From: Hydrolagus colliei
Lineage: Eukaryota
Direction: 5' to 3'
Assembly: GCA_035084275.1 (NCBI GenBank)
Contig: CM068748.1
Location: 8,618,001-8,682,000 of the forward strand
Length of the DNA stretch: 64,000 nt
Positions 37,033-50,957 of this stretch are shown in pieces. The translations under genes were made by a program, and so were the position numbers. The notes under the pieces are model-generated. The model ran no database searches. It was not told where the DNA came from and saw nothing but the letters and a program-made list of their open reading frames with translations. Numbering within the stretch: the stretch's first letter is position 1; each line of letters opens with the position of its first letter.

Positions 37033-38289
37033 TACAATAGATTGTTACAATGAACAGCTGTTCCTCCAAGTGGATTTGTATCCTCTATTATCACAGTTGC
37101 TATATTTTTAATACTTTGCCTTTGCAAAGTGATATACCCAAAGGCTAGTAATCGCCCCATTTATACCAATATTAATGCACTGTTATAGCCACACAACCAA
37201 ATTCTCTACAAAATGGCAGATAATAGAGGTTAACAGGGATTAAAATGTAAAAATATTGAATTACCAATTTAACTAGATGTGCCAAATTATGGATTCACGC
37301 CCTCCCAACAACTGTGTCATTGTCTGTGAAGCACAGTTCAATCTTTAGTTAATTAAGAATTGCTGCTTAGTAGTTTACCTACACAAAACAAATAAAACTG
37401 CAATCCTGCTAAAAAAAAAGCAGCCCAATGACAGAATCTGTAAATTGAGCATGTGGACGAGCATCACAATACAAGAAATTCATGGTTGACATCAAGAACA
37501 GAGGTGAGGAAAGTGAGAGTTGAGGAAATTTTGAATCAATAATTTACAAAATGTCAAAATTTGAACTTAAAAGAAATGATCTTGATTGACTGATTTTTAT
37601 CTGAAAAATCCCAGTTCATTCACAACTTTTTTCATTGCGCAATGACAGCTGCCTTTCCTGTAATCCTGCAGGAATCAGTCTCCTTCACATGCAGAAAGAC
37701 ACAAGAAATTCGGTTCAAACAACGGTTCTCTAAATCATTATCTTGTGTAGCAGAACCTTTGCTTTAACCTCCAAGGTGCCCCGAGTATTGCCCTAGAAAC
37801 TCTTGGTAATAGATGTTTCCCATCAACAGAAGTAAGTCTTACAACATATCCAATTAGAAGAAAGAGCTGAATGGAATAGTTTCCCGCAACAGTTAACACC
37901 TCTTCTGCACATTTCTCACTAAAGACAAGTTAAAAAATGATAACATTTTTAAAAATAACCTAAATGTGGGTGTACTGGGATATGAACAATTCATACAGAT
38001 TTGTGTTAATTGGATCAGGAAAGAATTCCCAATTTAAAACGAGTGGCATAATTCTAATTGGGGCATATTGACAATTTTCAAGAGTTTCACTGACTCAGCC
38101 ACAATACAGGATGGTTTCAACTGACATCAGAGCACATTATTGTACAATGTACAATGTGAACTTGTGATAAATTAATTAAATTATTTTATCCATAATAATG
38201 ATAATTCTTTAATTTGGGATAGCAGCTTTTACATCAGGAGGATACCATGAAGTGCTTCACATGATTCACTATAAAGTGTAGTGAGTATA

Positions 38290-38404
38290 GTAATAATAAT
38301 AAAGCTTGCATTTGAGATTCCTCTTTTTATGTCTTCTTGATGTCTCAAAGTGCATCACAGGATATACTGTAAAGTGAATTGACTGTAGATTGTGGGTGAA
38401 ATTC
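38290..38404 (-). mobile_element. SINE 3' tail
   Basis: CTTGCATTTG..GTCTCAAAGTGCATCACAGGATATACTGTAAAGTGAATTGACTG. Confidence 0.85.
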
Positions 38405-39480
38405 ATACAATTAAGAAATTGACCTTTTATATAAGATGGATTAAGCAAGTTCTACTGTAGATGGAGAAGAGATGGAACCTCAATAATTAATTCTGGAGTG
38501 AATGTGGGATTCTCATGCGTCCCTTAAATATTGTACTTTGGCCGCTTTTTCAAAAAAAGGACTACAAAAATGTTCTTATGTCATTCTGATTGCCTATCTT
38601 TATAAACGACTCAGTGAATTTATGAGACTGCTATAAAACTGAGTTTACATCTTGCTTGTAGACTGAAATCGATTCAAAATAGGCAAGTGGATTATTAGAA
38701 CTGAGATAATGCACCCACCAACAGATCCATAGCGTTAAAATAGACTTACCATGAATGTTAACAAAGCTATTTATATCAGATTCATTCTCAAGGTTTTCTA
38801 TTCATTTGGCATTTGCAAAATACAGATAGCAGCATACATGAACAATGAATAACCACCAATAGTCATTGTAATCTAAATCATTACAGTTCCACATATTTCA
38901 CTGATGAGCTAAACACAAACTCCAAAAATTGAGATCATGATTTTATGCTGAACATTGCATCCATAGAATACTTAAGCAGAAACAGACCACGAATATTAAG
39001 TTGTATATGTTCATAGAAAAAAGATGTAGGCCTGAGGGCAAAAACATTCTGGGGAGACAGTATGAGAAGGGAATTTGCAGCTTTAAAATCTAGAACATGA
39101 AAGTGGGGTGATTGGTTGGTTTATTTCTGGGCATCAAAGTACACATCAAGGATGGAACAAATTACATTGTGATCAATCATGCTTTTTCTTGGCTACAATC
39201 ATTCCTCAAAATATACTGATTCAATTAATCAAAGTAAATTTCTGAGGAAATATTTAAGTTGATAACAATTATTTCTACTTACGATTACAACTTCTATTAA
39301 TGAATAGAACACTTATTTCAGACTTCCTTTACAGATGAACAGATGCCCAAATAACAGATGCCCAAATAACAAGATTTAGACAACCTGAAAAGTTAACATT
39401 GCAGCAGATTGTTAAGAAACTGAATTGGCCAAAAGGTATGAAATCCTTACTCCATGTAAAAACATACACAGATCTATTAG

Positions 39481-40195
39481 TACAGGTAGACCCCGCTTAC
39501 CAAATGCCCGGTCAATGTAAGTTCACTATAATGAAGGTTTCTATTTGTACCACTTATCTGCTTAATGAAGGCTGCGTTCGCTTTATCGAATGTTTACACA
39601 CTATTTAAATCTCGTGGGCTTCTCGTGGGCAGCATTTTCTGGTTGGCATTCTGCCACTTAAGCTCCTCCCATATTGTACGGGTTGCACTGCTTCGTGGCT
39701 TCAATAATAGTAAGTCGAGGACTGTCTGTATTTTATTGTTTATTGTTGTATTTACTAACATTTTAATATTTTATTGTTGTCTTTAAAGTTGTGTAGCCTT
39801 CAATAGCCATTATATCTACCTAGGGCCTTCGCGAGTACAGGGACCGAGGCCCTATAGGTTTTTGTGTTTCTGATGCCCAGGTTCGGGTATTTCCAGACTT
39901 CGGAACGCCAGAAGCATGTCACGAGTCCAGAAATGCCAGGGCCCAGGTTGTGATATTTCAGTGTGGTGACTGTGAAGACCAGGCGTGGAGCAGGTAGGAT
40001 TGGCGTTTTTATTCCTGCAATTTTTGTCACCTTCCGGATTCCGGAGCTCCAGATTTTGGCCGATCAATCTGTACACCGAAAATGTTAGCGCTAGGAACCG
40101 CTAGGAACTAAACTGATTTTAGCGGGGAGGCTCGGGTCGGAGCGGCATTTTGGCTGCGGCCAAATACAGTAATACAGTTAAACTCCAGCTTAACA
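39481..40195. mobile_element. CpG-rich probable DNA-transposon remnants (Tc1/mariner/pogo-like ends)
   Basis: TA-CAG-type ends TACAGGTAGACCCCGCTTA (39481) and TACAGTTAAACTCCAGCTTAAC (40173), GGCCAAATACAGTA end, local CpG excess, no coding frame. Confidence 0.45.
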
Positions 40196-40289
40196 AAATT
40201 TTTGCTTTTAAAGTCCCTAACCCCTTCATTAAACAGTGTCTACCTGTACTCAGAAACACTACCCTGCATGAACAATAGTATATCCTCCC

Positions 40290-40915
40290 ATATCTGCAGC
40301 ATTCCCCACCTCCGCCTCACACCACAGGCTGCTTAAACCCTCAAACACGCATTGATAAAATCCAAGATTGACTATGCAAACTCCCTGCTTGTTGGCCTCC
40401 CCAACTCCTTCCACCATAGGCTGCCAATCATCCAGAACTCAGCAACTTGTGTCCTCTCCCACACCAGCTCTGTTATCCTATAACCCCCATCCTTACCCAA
40501 CTCCACTGGCTTCCCATCACACAGAAGATAAGGTTCAAGATTCTGTTCCTCACCTTCAAAGCTCTCCATGGCCATGCTCCCCCCCTACCTCTGGGACCTC
40601 CTAACCCCCTTCCAACCTGCTCGCTCCCTCTGCTAAGTGGGTTCCACCTGCTTCAATTGGCGGGCGGTCCTTCAGTCATTCTGCCTCAGCTTCTGGAACT
40701 CCATAGCTCAGTTCCCTCTACCTCACCCCTTCCCTTATCTCCATCAAGACCACATGCAAGACCTACTTCTTCGACCGGCTTTTGATTACCCTCATTCCCT
40801 TGCTGCCTTCCACGATCCAACCCACAGCTCAGGTCCAAAACTCTTGATAGTCCTGCGCCTTTGGACATACTCCTGACGTGAAAGGTATTCCAGCAATGTA
40901 ATTTGGTTGTTGTTG
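40290..40915 (+). mobile_element. L2 LINE 3' portion
   Basis: PITPILTQLHWLPITQKIRFKILFLTFKALHGHAP; tail GCGCCTTTGGAC..GACGTGAAAGG..(TTG)n. Confidence 0.9.
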
Positions 40916-42893
40916 TATATTTATGCAAGTTGATGAAATTAATGATCCTACATTTTCATTCAATCTAAATTCAAACAGCAATATTGCACAAAGATGCTTG
41001 TTCATTAATACTAAGTCATTGAATACTGAAACCAGTTTGTTAAAATAATAATTGTTACAAAGAATTAAGACAGATTACTGAAAAAATTAAATACAACCAT
41101 TTGTTGTACAATAGTAAATGACCACTTTACGAGTTATTCCAAATTCAACCTAATTAACTGGAAAGGAATCCCGAGATTATTTGTTTATAACAATACCTCA
41201 ATACAATTGATATATTGTTGTGTCTAAACTGGATGACAAATACCGCAAATCTGTTCAAGCAACTACTTCTATTCAGCAATCACCCTGGAGTACCCCCTTG
41301 ACTGTATGTCCACACACCAATGAATCCTTACTCAGAGGTCACACTTATATAAATACTACTGTGTGCCAGTCCACTGAGACGTTGTTGAAGACAGGTTTGA
41401 TTGTGTGCCAAGGACAACACTTGTAGTCCCACATGATATGGCTTAAGGCGAAAAGTGTCCAACATTCTCCTTTGAGAAGAGAAAAATATGTTAACCAAAC
41501 CATCAGAAAACAACTAAAAGGACTTCACCACATGAGGAAATAAATTACATTCAGTTTAAAGCAAATAACTAAAATGTCTAAATTCAAGAGACATTCAGAA
41601 TCCATTACATTTTAGCCTCCCAGGAAAATCTAATTCAGTAGCAAGAGGATAAAACAATTATCATAGGAACACAATGCACTACAATTCCCTCCATTTACCC
41701 CAGAGTGGATGAGATTTGATCTAGCAACAGGAAGTATGGTCTTCCTCATTTATAGGGGTAAGTTTAGTAGAGGCAGAGCTTTCATCACTGTGAACCCACA
41801 ATGAAGAAAACACTTGAACCTTTTACAAAACTGCGTATTTTCCCAGTTGTTCTTCCTATACTACATAAGGCCATATATACTCTTAGTTCTTCACGTGGAG
41901 ATGGCAGAATTATACAATGAAATAAATCCAAAGGCATGGACTGAAAGCACCCTTGAGTTTGGAGATGGAACTACAAGGCACTATTTGGTAGACAATCAAA
42001 TATTCTTCAACCTCAAGTGCAAAACAAAAGTAGGAATTGGCACTATCAAACCAACTTTAGTGAGTGGTATATTATCCTGAACCATCAAGTGAAATAGAAA
42101 CTGTTAGATGTGCTCCCAGTTACTACCTTGTTGGTATAACTTCAGAGAAATTTCTACCACAAAGGCAATATTCATTGGCCAACAGAAAATATTTAAAATG
42201 TTATGGTGAATACACAGTAAATAGCTGGGCCATGGGACTATCTAATACTAGTATTATTCCAAAAACAGATTGAAAGTGAGGCTTTTAGAAATTGCATCCA
42301 ATAGATCCATGTGAAGTGTCAAAACCTTAATAGCTGTTGCTTTTGAGACATAATGGATAAAAGTAGATAGTGGGAGTTCGTTTTTCTTCTGAGAATTGTA
42401 CATTTTGGCTCAGACTAATACTTCATGTCACTCATAGTAACCCACTGGCTAAAACACTCTGGCAAGGGCAGCCCAGCAGTGTTGTCAATAGAGCTGCAGT
42501 TTATAGATTGGGAACTCACTGGTTAGAATTCTTTCTGTATTGAATGTAATAGTCACTGGCAACAAAGGACAGGTGTGGTTTTGGGATATGGGAACAGCAT
42601 TTGTTTGTGTTCTGTCTGTTGAAACCTCACAGACCTCACAATCCTCAGTGATTGAGTCTCTCCTATCGTAAGTGTTGCACAAATCCTCTGCCTTGGGTGT
42701 CTGACACATGCAGAAATCTATTATAGTACCTGCTTTAGAGCATCCAAACCAAGAGTCTCATGCATCCCACCAATACGTGGAAATTCCAGAGAATTTGCTT
42801 TGTTGAAAGTATAGAGTACATATTATCCACCCACCTTTTTCAACCTCTTCCTTTCAGATCCTCCTACCACCCCACCACCACCCCAGTTCCCTT

Positions 42894-43560
42894 ACATAAG
42901 AACATAAGAAATAGGAGCAGGAATAGGCCATTCAGCCCTTCCAGCCTACCATTCAATCATGGCTGATATTCTACTCTATCTCCAGTTATCCTTATCCGCA
43001 TATGCCTTAATCCCTTTATAAATGAGAAATCTATCTAACTCAGTCTTGAATATGTTCATCAACAGCCCTTTGGGGTAAAGATTTCCATACATTCACCACC
43101 CTCTGAGTGAAGAAGTTTTTTCTCAACTCAGTGTGAAAGGGCTGACCCCTAACTTTAAGACTGTGACCCCTGGTTTTAGTTTCTCCAACCAGGGGAAACA
43201 ATCTCCCACTATCTACTTTGCCGTGCCTCTTAATAATCTTATAGGTTTCTATAAAATCCCCTCTAATTCTTCTATATTCCAGAGAATATAGACTCAAATT
43301 AATCAACCTATCATCATAACTCATCCCCCTCATTCCAGGTACTAACCTAGTAAACCTACGCTGCACTCCCTCCAAGGCAAGTACTTCCTTTTTTAAATAA
43401 GGAGACCAAAACTGCACACAGTATTCCAGGTATGGTCTCACCAGGGCCCTATACAGCTGCAGCAAGACGTCCCTACTCTTATACTCTAACCCTTTCATAA
43501 GAAAGCTAACATACCGTTAGCCTTCCTAATTGCCTGCTGCATCTGCTTACTAACTTTCAT
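42894..43560 (-). mobile_element. CR1 LINE 3' end with open ORF2 C-terminal frame (43040-43498)
   Basis: KGLEYKSRDVLLQLYRALVRPYLEYCVQFWSPY..LEGVQRRFTR..TRGHSLK..FFTQRVVNVW; terminal ACATAAGAACATAAGAA repeat. Confidence 0.95.
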
Positions 43561-43994
43561 ACTAACATACTAACTCACAGCTTTGATGTCTTTCTTAGCC
43601 GTCCCTTGGCTCAGCCCACATACTCACAACAGTTGCCCAACTGAAATTGCATATTTGAGTTTGGTTGCTTTGTCTTTGAGGCAAAACTCCTTTGCAGGAC
43701 ATGCAAACTTTGAAGCTTCACGTGAACATGCACCAAAGAAATGAATTCAAGCCTGTGGGCAGAGATCACACAAATCTCATGTGACTTAATTATAAAGATT
43801 TCTAGAGAGACATTGCCACCATAATCCCTTTCTGCTGGGCATCAACTCCACCCCAGGACAAGCGGAGTATGGAGTACTCCATAATATAATCAGAGAATTT
43901 TCTGACCTAGAATTCTTAACTTTTGTTTCAAATAGATTACCACATCTATTCACGAAGGACATGAACAGCATTTGTACTACAGCATGTAACTATA

Positions 43995-44078
43995 ATAACA
44001 ACAACAACAACTAAATTACACTTGTATAGCGCCTTTCATGTCAGGAGAACGCGCTGGACAGTCGCTGCTTCAGGACAG
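43995..44078 (-). mobile_element. Short L2 3'-tail insertion
   Basis: (CAA)n..TATAGCGCCTTTCATGTCAGGAG..GCGCTGGACAGTC. Confidence 0.8.
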
Positions 44079-45029
44079 AATCCAATTTAGTGCAAACATT
44101 TTCCCCTATCCTCCAATAAAGAGGTATTCTCCAGCTTTGTTTTGATCCTTGTTACTCCCATTACTCTTTTATTTCTTATTCCTGAATTCATAATAAACTA
44201 CATTTCCTTTCCCAGAAAAGGGTAAAACATTTTAATGTCCCAACAAAGTTCCAGAAGTCAGCCACGATAGAACAGGATTCATAACTTACAAATTATTTTG
44301 CAAGTTGCAAATGAGAACTGAATACTCTTGTTTCAACATTGTAAAATGCTTTTGAGATTTATTATTAGATTGTTGAAAACAGCTTTGCAATGACAGGAAA
44401 CATTCATGAAATCAATAATCCCATCCAAATTGCTTTTCTCTCTACCTCTGATTAGGGACACTGCTTCAAATGTGAAGGTTTGCTATTTCATGCTCTAAAA
44501 TGCAATACCTTAGATTTATAAAAATAAAATCTAGTTAGAATAAGAAAGCAAATCAGAAGTCCCAAGATAACTAAAAAGCATGTTCAGCAAGGCATGAAAG
44601 CAACTAGAAATAATGAAGCAAACAGTATGACGTAAACAGTAAGAAGTAAACAGTACATTGCTGTGAAACAAAATGCTATCATTCTAATGAATGCACATAG
44701 GCGACAACACAAGCTAGTTATTCAGTTATAAATACAGAACAGAGTGCCATTAGTAAGGTCCCTCAGAACAGTACAAATGTACACTAAACTAATGTGTGCC
44801 TTAATTTAATATGACAAGTCGGTGAATTCAAAGTACTGTATTTTGTTTAGGAGAACATAACAAGACAATATTTTGGAAAGGAAGTTTAATGGACAAAATG
44901 TGTGCACCTCAAAGAGGATCACTTAACGCAAAAACCTTCCACTGAAACACCTATCCCGCATAAATCATAAAAATCCAAAGTTAAGAGACTGACTGCTATG
45001 TACTGGAGCCATAGAAGGAGATACGTCTA

Positions 45030-45080
45030 CAACAACAACAATTTACATTTATAGAGCGCCTTTCACGTTGGGAGGACGTC
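45030..45080 (-). mobile_element. Very short L2 3'-tail insertion with target duplication
   Basis: (CAA)n..GCGCCTTTCACGTTGGGAGGACGTC flanked by ACGTCTA at 45023-45029 and 45076-45082. Confidence 0.85.
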
Positions 45081-45574
45081 TAAAGTCTATACCTCTTCTA
45101 CAAATTTTGTTACAGCTACTGTACATTAAACGTTGCACAGTGTATATATATCATTGCGTATTTGACTTATTAAACACAGTATTCAGGTTTCAGAAAAAAA
45201 TCAACACTGGGCCAAATAAGGTTCAATGCATTTGCACAGTACCACAGTTTTCAAATTGAATCAAATATTAATAAGTTTTATCTTTCGACATAGTGAACTG
45301 ATATTTCTTATTTAATGTATTTTATTCCCATCAGTCTTCCAACGGACTAGCTGTTTAAATCACAATGATCTTATTTTCTGGAAATGCCTTTTTACTTCAG
45401 TATACAACTGTATGCTCAATTTCTTGTGCAATATCATAATTCATGCGAGATTACTATACACTTCTAAATTAGCTCCCTTGCCACAGAAGTATAGATTTCT
45501 TTTTAACTTAAAAACACATCCAATAAGCTTCCTGTACAAAACTTTACTTATGAACTGTACCTATTCTTTCTGTA

Positions 45575-45943
45575 AAGCTCTTTCAAAGCCCTTCACATTC
45601 TTGCTTCTCCTCTGTGACCGATTAACACGTTACGAACATTTCCTTTCAGCGAGCACTGGCCTGCTCCATGGGCAGAGATCCACTATGACAGTCAGGCCTA
45701 CAGCATTTCTGCCATCCAGAACCTGCATTTCTGGAATTCTATCCATTCAAGGCCCATCTCAAGATCTTCCTCTTTGACCCTGCCTTCAGTCATCCTCTAT
45801 GATTCCAACCACAGTTGGAATCACAGTTCCAACCCCTCTTGATTCCAACCACAGTTCAGGTGCAAATTCTTGACTGTCCAGTGCTTTGGGACATCATCCC
45901 GATGTGAATGGCACAATATAAACACAAGTTGTTGTTATTGTTG
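45575..45943 (+). mobile_element. L2 3' end
   Basis: CTGGAATTCT..CTCAAGATCTTCCTCTTTGACC..GACTGTCCAGTGCTTTGGGACATC..(TTG)n. Confidence 0.8.
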
Positions 45944-46904
45944 TAATTCAGAAGAGAAGCAAAGATGAAAAACCCTTCCAGAGTACCCAATTCACCTTCC
46001 TCACAATACAGCAAATAGCTACTACTTAAATTGTATAATTTTAATAGAACACATGTTTAAATTGGTAGTGTACAAACATACAAACATTTACTGTATTAGT
46101 AAAACTTTGTTTTAAATTATACTGTATACATTAAATACAATTTATTTTTAAGCAGCCTCAAAAGACTCCAGGAACACAATGTTTTACCAAGTGTGTTTTC
46201 TAGAAGTACTATCAGATTCAAGTTTCTGGATCCTGTTAAATCTCAGCAATATTTCAAAAATGTTTTTCTTGCTGCAGAACAACAGGCAGCCGCAGTTCTT
46301 ATGAGAAAAATCGTAACTTTCCTTCTTCAATAGGTTTTCATCCACATTTAATATCATTCACGTGACTGCACCATCAACATTCTAATTACATTTTCCTGCC
46401 TGCATAAGCAGATGGGAGTTCTCATTTATTCAAACAATCATTAATGAAAATTAATTCTTAAGATCATAAATTCAGGGGCATAGGTAAAATTTGGCTTCTC
46501 ATCACCTATCCCACTCAGAAACGAGCATAGTTGCCCACAGTTAACTGTCCTATTTGATGTCTTCTTCAGCATATTGGCTGCTATCAAGAGCAACTCTCTT
46601 GGGAGTGTTTGTTTGAAGCATTTGATGCCATTAAGAAGAACAAATCATGCTGATGTTTTTTTTGCCAAATGTGTACTGACCTCAGCATCTTGTTAGTTTC
46701 ACTCAGTACCTTGAATAAATAATCCTTGCAATTGATGTGATGTTGTGGAAATCTTTCAAAAGGAATTCACAGGACTGGTGGGGTTGTACTCAATGGGTAA
46801 GTGAGTGTGCCCTGGTTTCTGTTAAAACCATGATAGCATTGCTGCCAGAGATCATCTGAACCAGAAAAAGATATTCTCTTTATGAAATGACAAATGAAAC
46901 TACA

Positions 46905-47232
46905 AGGACAAAAACTTTCATTTATTTCACGCCCTTCATGCGGGGTAGTGAACCCTATCCTTGTTACAGTGGCAAAGTCTGACCCCGGCCAGGGGAAGAG
47001 GGAGAGGGGAGGTGACCGTAAGCATGATCAAAAAGCAATGTCTTTAGCTGGGAGCGAGGGTGCAATGTAGAGGGATGAGGGAGAGAGTACCAGAGTTTTT
47101 TGGGGTCCAGTAGCAGAAGGCAGGGTCACCATGGAGTAGAGGGGACAAGGGACAAACAGGAGTCTGGAGCCAGCCAAGCGGAAACAACAGGTGGGGACAG
47201 GGTGTTGGGGAGGGAAGGGAAGTAACCAGTCA
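46905..47232 (-). mobile_element. L2 3' end, diverged
   Basis: Purine-rich block collinear with 22200-22450. Confidence 0.65.
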
Positions 47233-47481
47233 ATTACAGCCATTCACGACTCTTAAGGCTACAAATACAGTGGGGGCTTTCATGCTTTGGAAAGAGATTT
47301 AGATCAAAGTTTCTGAAAGATTATGAAGTTAAATTGCTCATCAAATTGAAGAATTTAAATATTATTTGAAGTAAGAGACATTGTGCAGAATATTTAGCTT
47401 GAGTTTTAAAAATATAGCATTGGTGCAAGCCATTGAACCAGCCAAGACTTTTTGAAGAAGCAATAATAATTATAACAGTAT

Positions 47482-47610
47482 CAATAATAATACTCGCATT
47501 TGATGCAGCGCCTCATCATGTTCTCTGAGACCCCTCAAAGTGCTTCACAGAATTTACTGCAAAAAGTGAAATGACTGCATATTTTCTGGGCATAAATGGC
47601 AGCAAATATG
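47482..47610 (-). mobile_element. SINE 3' tail
   Basis: GCATTTGATGCAGCGCC..CTCAAAGTGCTTCACAGAAT..ATGGCAGCAAAT. Confidence 0.8.
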
Positions 47611-47754
47611 GCAAAAGGCAATGTTAAGAAACAAGAAAGCATGGACATATTGGCGATTTCCTTTTCATAAAAATTGTTACATTTTCAACTCATTTTATTA
47701 TATTGTTCAATTTTAGCACTTTTCTGGCATCCTAGAGCTAAAGTTATATTCTAT

Positions 47755-48212
47755 GATTCATAGAATCATAATCATAGAATACAACAGCACAGAAGGAGGC
47801 CATTTTTACCACCATCATGCCTACCTGTGCCAACTTTTTGGAAGAGATACCCAATCAGTCCCAGATATCCAATTTTTATTCCTTTTCACCTATCTAATTC
47901 TCCTTTGAAAGTTGCTATTGAATCTGTTTCCTCCACCCTTTCAGGAAGTGTATTCCAGACTGTAACAACTGTGTGTGTAAAAAAATGTCTCCTCATCTGC
48001 CCCTTGGTTCTTTTGCCAATTATCGTAATTCTGTGTGCCCTGATTACTTAACCCAGCTGTCAATGGAAACAGTTTCTTCCTATCTACTCTATCAAAACCC
48101 ATAATTTTGAAAACCTCTATTAAATCTTCCCTTAACCTTCTCTGATCTAAGGAGAACAATCCCAGCTTCCCTAGTCTCACCACATAACTAAAATCCCTCA
48201 ACCCAGTTATCA
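47755..48212 (-). mobile_element. CR1 LINE 3' end
   Basis: GLRDFSYVVRLGKLGLFSLDQRRLREDLIEVFKIMGFDRVDRKKLFPL; terminal CATAGAAT repeats. Confidence 0.93.
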
Positions 48213-48889
48213 CGTTTATCAGACAAATAAATAAGCTTTCTAGTGTACTTCATTGAAACTATATTTAAGTTTTTCTAATTGTCATCAATCTTCGGATGAT
48301 ACAGTTAATATATTCACCCTGCAGTCCTTGGTTCTGGTTCAGTAATCTTCAGCACCTTCATGAACGAAAAGCTATTCCGTGATATGAATGTTTAAATCGA
48401 ATGGTTCTAAAATTGACCTCTACCGTGAACATCTGAATGCTCTTTCATAATTAGTGTTAAACTGCTTTTGAAACCAGAGTCTTCTTTAATTCCTTCCTAT
48501 GCATCAGAAGACGTAATGAGCAACTAATTGTATTAATTGGGTAATGTAACTAACAGGCAAGGAAGATTATCATTAAGTGAGCTATCTCACATTTTGAATT
48601 CCCTTGCTCACGTATCAAATAATGCAACATTCACATGTAATATTGCACTTATCAGCCCCTCAAACCTACTTCTGGATCTTACTCTAAATGAGCCAAAAAA
48701 ACATTGAGCTGAAAATATGATGAAAACCGGGAGAACTCCAACAGGCAAAATTTTAAAAATGAATTGAAGACACCTCTTTGATTGGAAACATTTACAGATT
48801 CATTTATAGACAAGTCGAGTTTAGAACATGTACAATAGCACAATGAACTTTGTGCTCTCATAACCCCCTAACGAGTATCCAATAACATT

Positions 48890-49125
48890 TACAGCATCTT
48901 TGTTCCATCACTGCCATTCAAAGGCAGTTCTCTCAGAAAACCCAGCTGGTTTTCAGCTTTAAATCCCCAAGAACTTCCTTTTCAACCACACATATGGTCA
49001 ACTTTCCCCTACCCTCAATTTCTTCAGTTTTTACCCCAAACTCAGCATGGGCTCCAAGTCATCTCTGTTAATCACTTTGAGATATCCTCCTGACATGAAG
49101 GGCGCTATATAAATGTAAATCTGTT
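48890..49125 (+). mobile_element. Degraded L2 3' end
   Basis: Tail CACTTTGAGATATCCTCCTGACATGAAGGGCGCTATATAAATGTAAAT. Confidence 0.7.
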
Positions 49126-50853
49126 GATCTTATTATCCATTGGCGATAGTGACAATAGTACATTCTCAATTAAGGGCAAGTCGTCCATTCTCTATATCAA
49201 GCTGGGGATCCCAGATAAAACATGCCATTGTTGTTCTCTCATTACATTAACTTTCCTTTTTAAACTCAGAAGTGCTCATGAAGAGGCTATGGGGCTTTCT
49301 ACTTCATTAGCAGAAAGGTAACCCCAAATATAATTTCCATTTTGTTATTTTGCCAACCAGATGTGCAATTCTACAAGCTGTCCAAGCTGGAAAAAGTGAT
49401 TTATGCAAAAAACATTTTGATCCAATTTTTTAAACTCCAAGATCAGTTGTAATGCCAGTGAATTTCACATTGTGGATCACAAGAGCAAGTCCTGATAAAT
49501 GTCCCAAGATTTCAATGTAGTTTCTTAGATTTCTTCATTGTATCATATTTAGAAACAGAAAAAGAAAATATGCCGTCTGAAGGGAGTACGTGGCAGAACC
49601 ATTAAATCTATCTGTGCTTCAACCCTGTACTTTCTGGGATGAACTCTGATAATTCATTTACTGGTAGAAATACATTTTGAGAAGGGAGATTAATTTCGGT
49701 GGAAAATTCATCCACTCATGCACAGTATAAACAGCAAAATGGCATGAGCTGGACTCACAAGGGAATGGTAGAAATCGGCACAAAGACAGTTCCAAATGAT
49801 AAGCACCTCAAGAGATTTTGATTGCTATTTATAACGTTTACTCTAGTCCACACTCCACCTCAGCCCCTGCTCATTCTGGGTTCCGGCTCACTTATTTTGC
49901 TGGGGCTTTAAAGAATCCTGGATGACATCGGTTTGAAAAGTCTCAGCTGTGCTGTTCAAAATGCACCTTAGAATTTCAGAAACCAATTTCATTCTGATCT
50001 CTGGAGACATGTAACCTCTCAATCCTGATTCTGCTACTTGTTACTTTCCAAATTAACCTAATTCCCATCCATTCACATTATCAAGGGTCAACATACAGAT
50101 AACATGTGTTTAAAAGGGAACTACCCTCTCTAAGAAGGATAACCATTGAGAAACATTTTTGTTTGGGTATCAATTTTGAACTAAGGGAAAAAGTTAGCAA
50201 AGGTCCTCAATACAACTTGCATTTTCTACAAAGCTTCTCAGGTAGTTCAAAGAACTTCATTATTTGAAATGTGAAAACGTAACATTGTAAATATCTATGT
50301 TACAGTGAAAATTATGTCTGCCACAGCATAGATTCACCCAAAAGCTAACAAGGGAGCTTCAAAACCATTTCCGAAGCAGAGCATGTCTGTCCCTTCCAGG
50401 AAATGAGTCTGTGACAAATCTCCTGAAAGCTGAAGAAAGCCTCTTTAATGGACATCAGAAAATTCCACAGGGAAGTACAGGTTCTTTCTTGACAATCATA
50501 CACGTACATATAATCCATGTGGTCTTCAGATTTCCCATATAGAATGACTGTTTACTCAAATGTTTAAATCCTCTAGTTTCGAGAACTTATTTCCTAAATG
50601 TGATGCAGAAGTACAATTTAATTATATTCTACTGTAGATCCACAATCAAAGTAAAACACACTTAATTAGACATCATCGTTAAAATTAGTGGAAAACTATG
50701 TTACACTGTGTTAAGACAACACTTTCATAGTTTTATCAAATTACAGAATTTTGTTCTACAAATTAATAATACAACATATTTCTAAAGCAGATAGCTACTT
50801 GCAACACATATGCAACCTCATTCTAAAGTAAGATTGGAACAGCATAAATTCCA

Positions 50854-50957
50854 TAATAATAATACTTGCATTTGATACAGAACTTTATCATGAAACATCT
50901 CAAAGGGCTTCACAGAATATACTGTAAAGTGAATTGACTGTATATTTGTGGGCAAAA
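50854..50957 (-). mobile_element. SINE 3' tail
   Basis: (AAT)n CTTGCATTTGATAC..CTTCACAGAATATACTGTAAAGTGAATTGACTGTATATTTGTGGGC. Confidence 0.88.

Noticed and set aside
41886-42060. Plus-strand exon-like frame LHVEMAELYNEINPKAWTESTLEFGDG.. ending at TTA|GTGAGT
   Set aside because: Not recognised, opposite to the inferred transcription direction, no partner exons; cannot be supported without RNA data
43040-43498. 152-aa ORF as a functional or domesticated gene
   Set aside because: 5'-truncated CR1 ORF2 C-terminus lacking RT core and endonuclease; openness reflects young age
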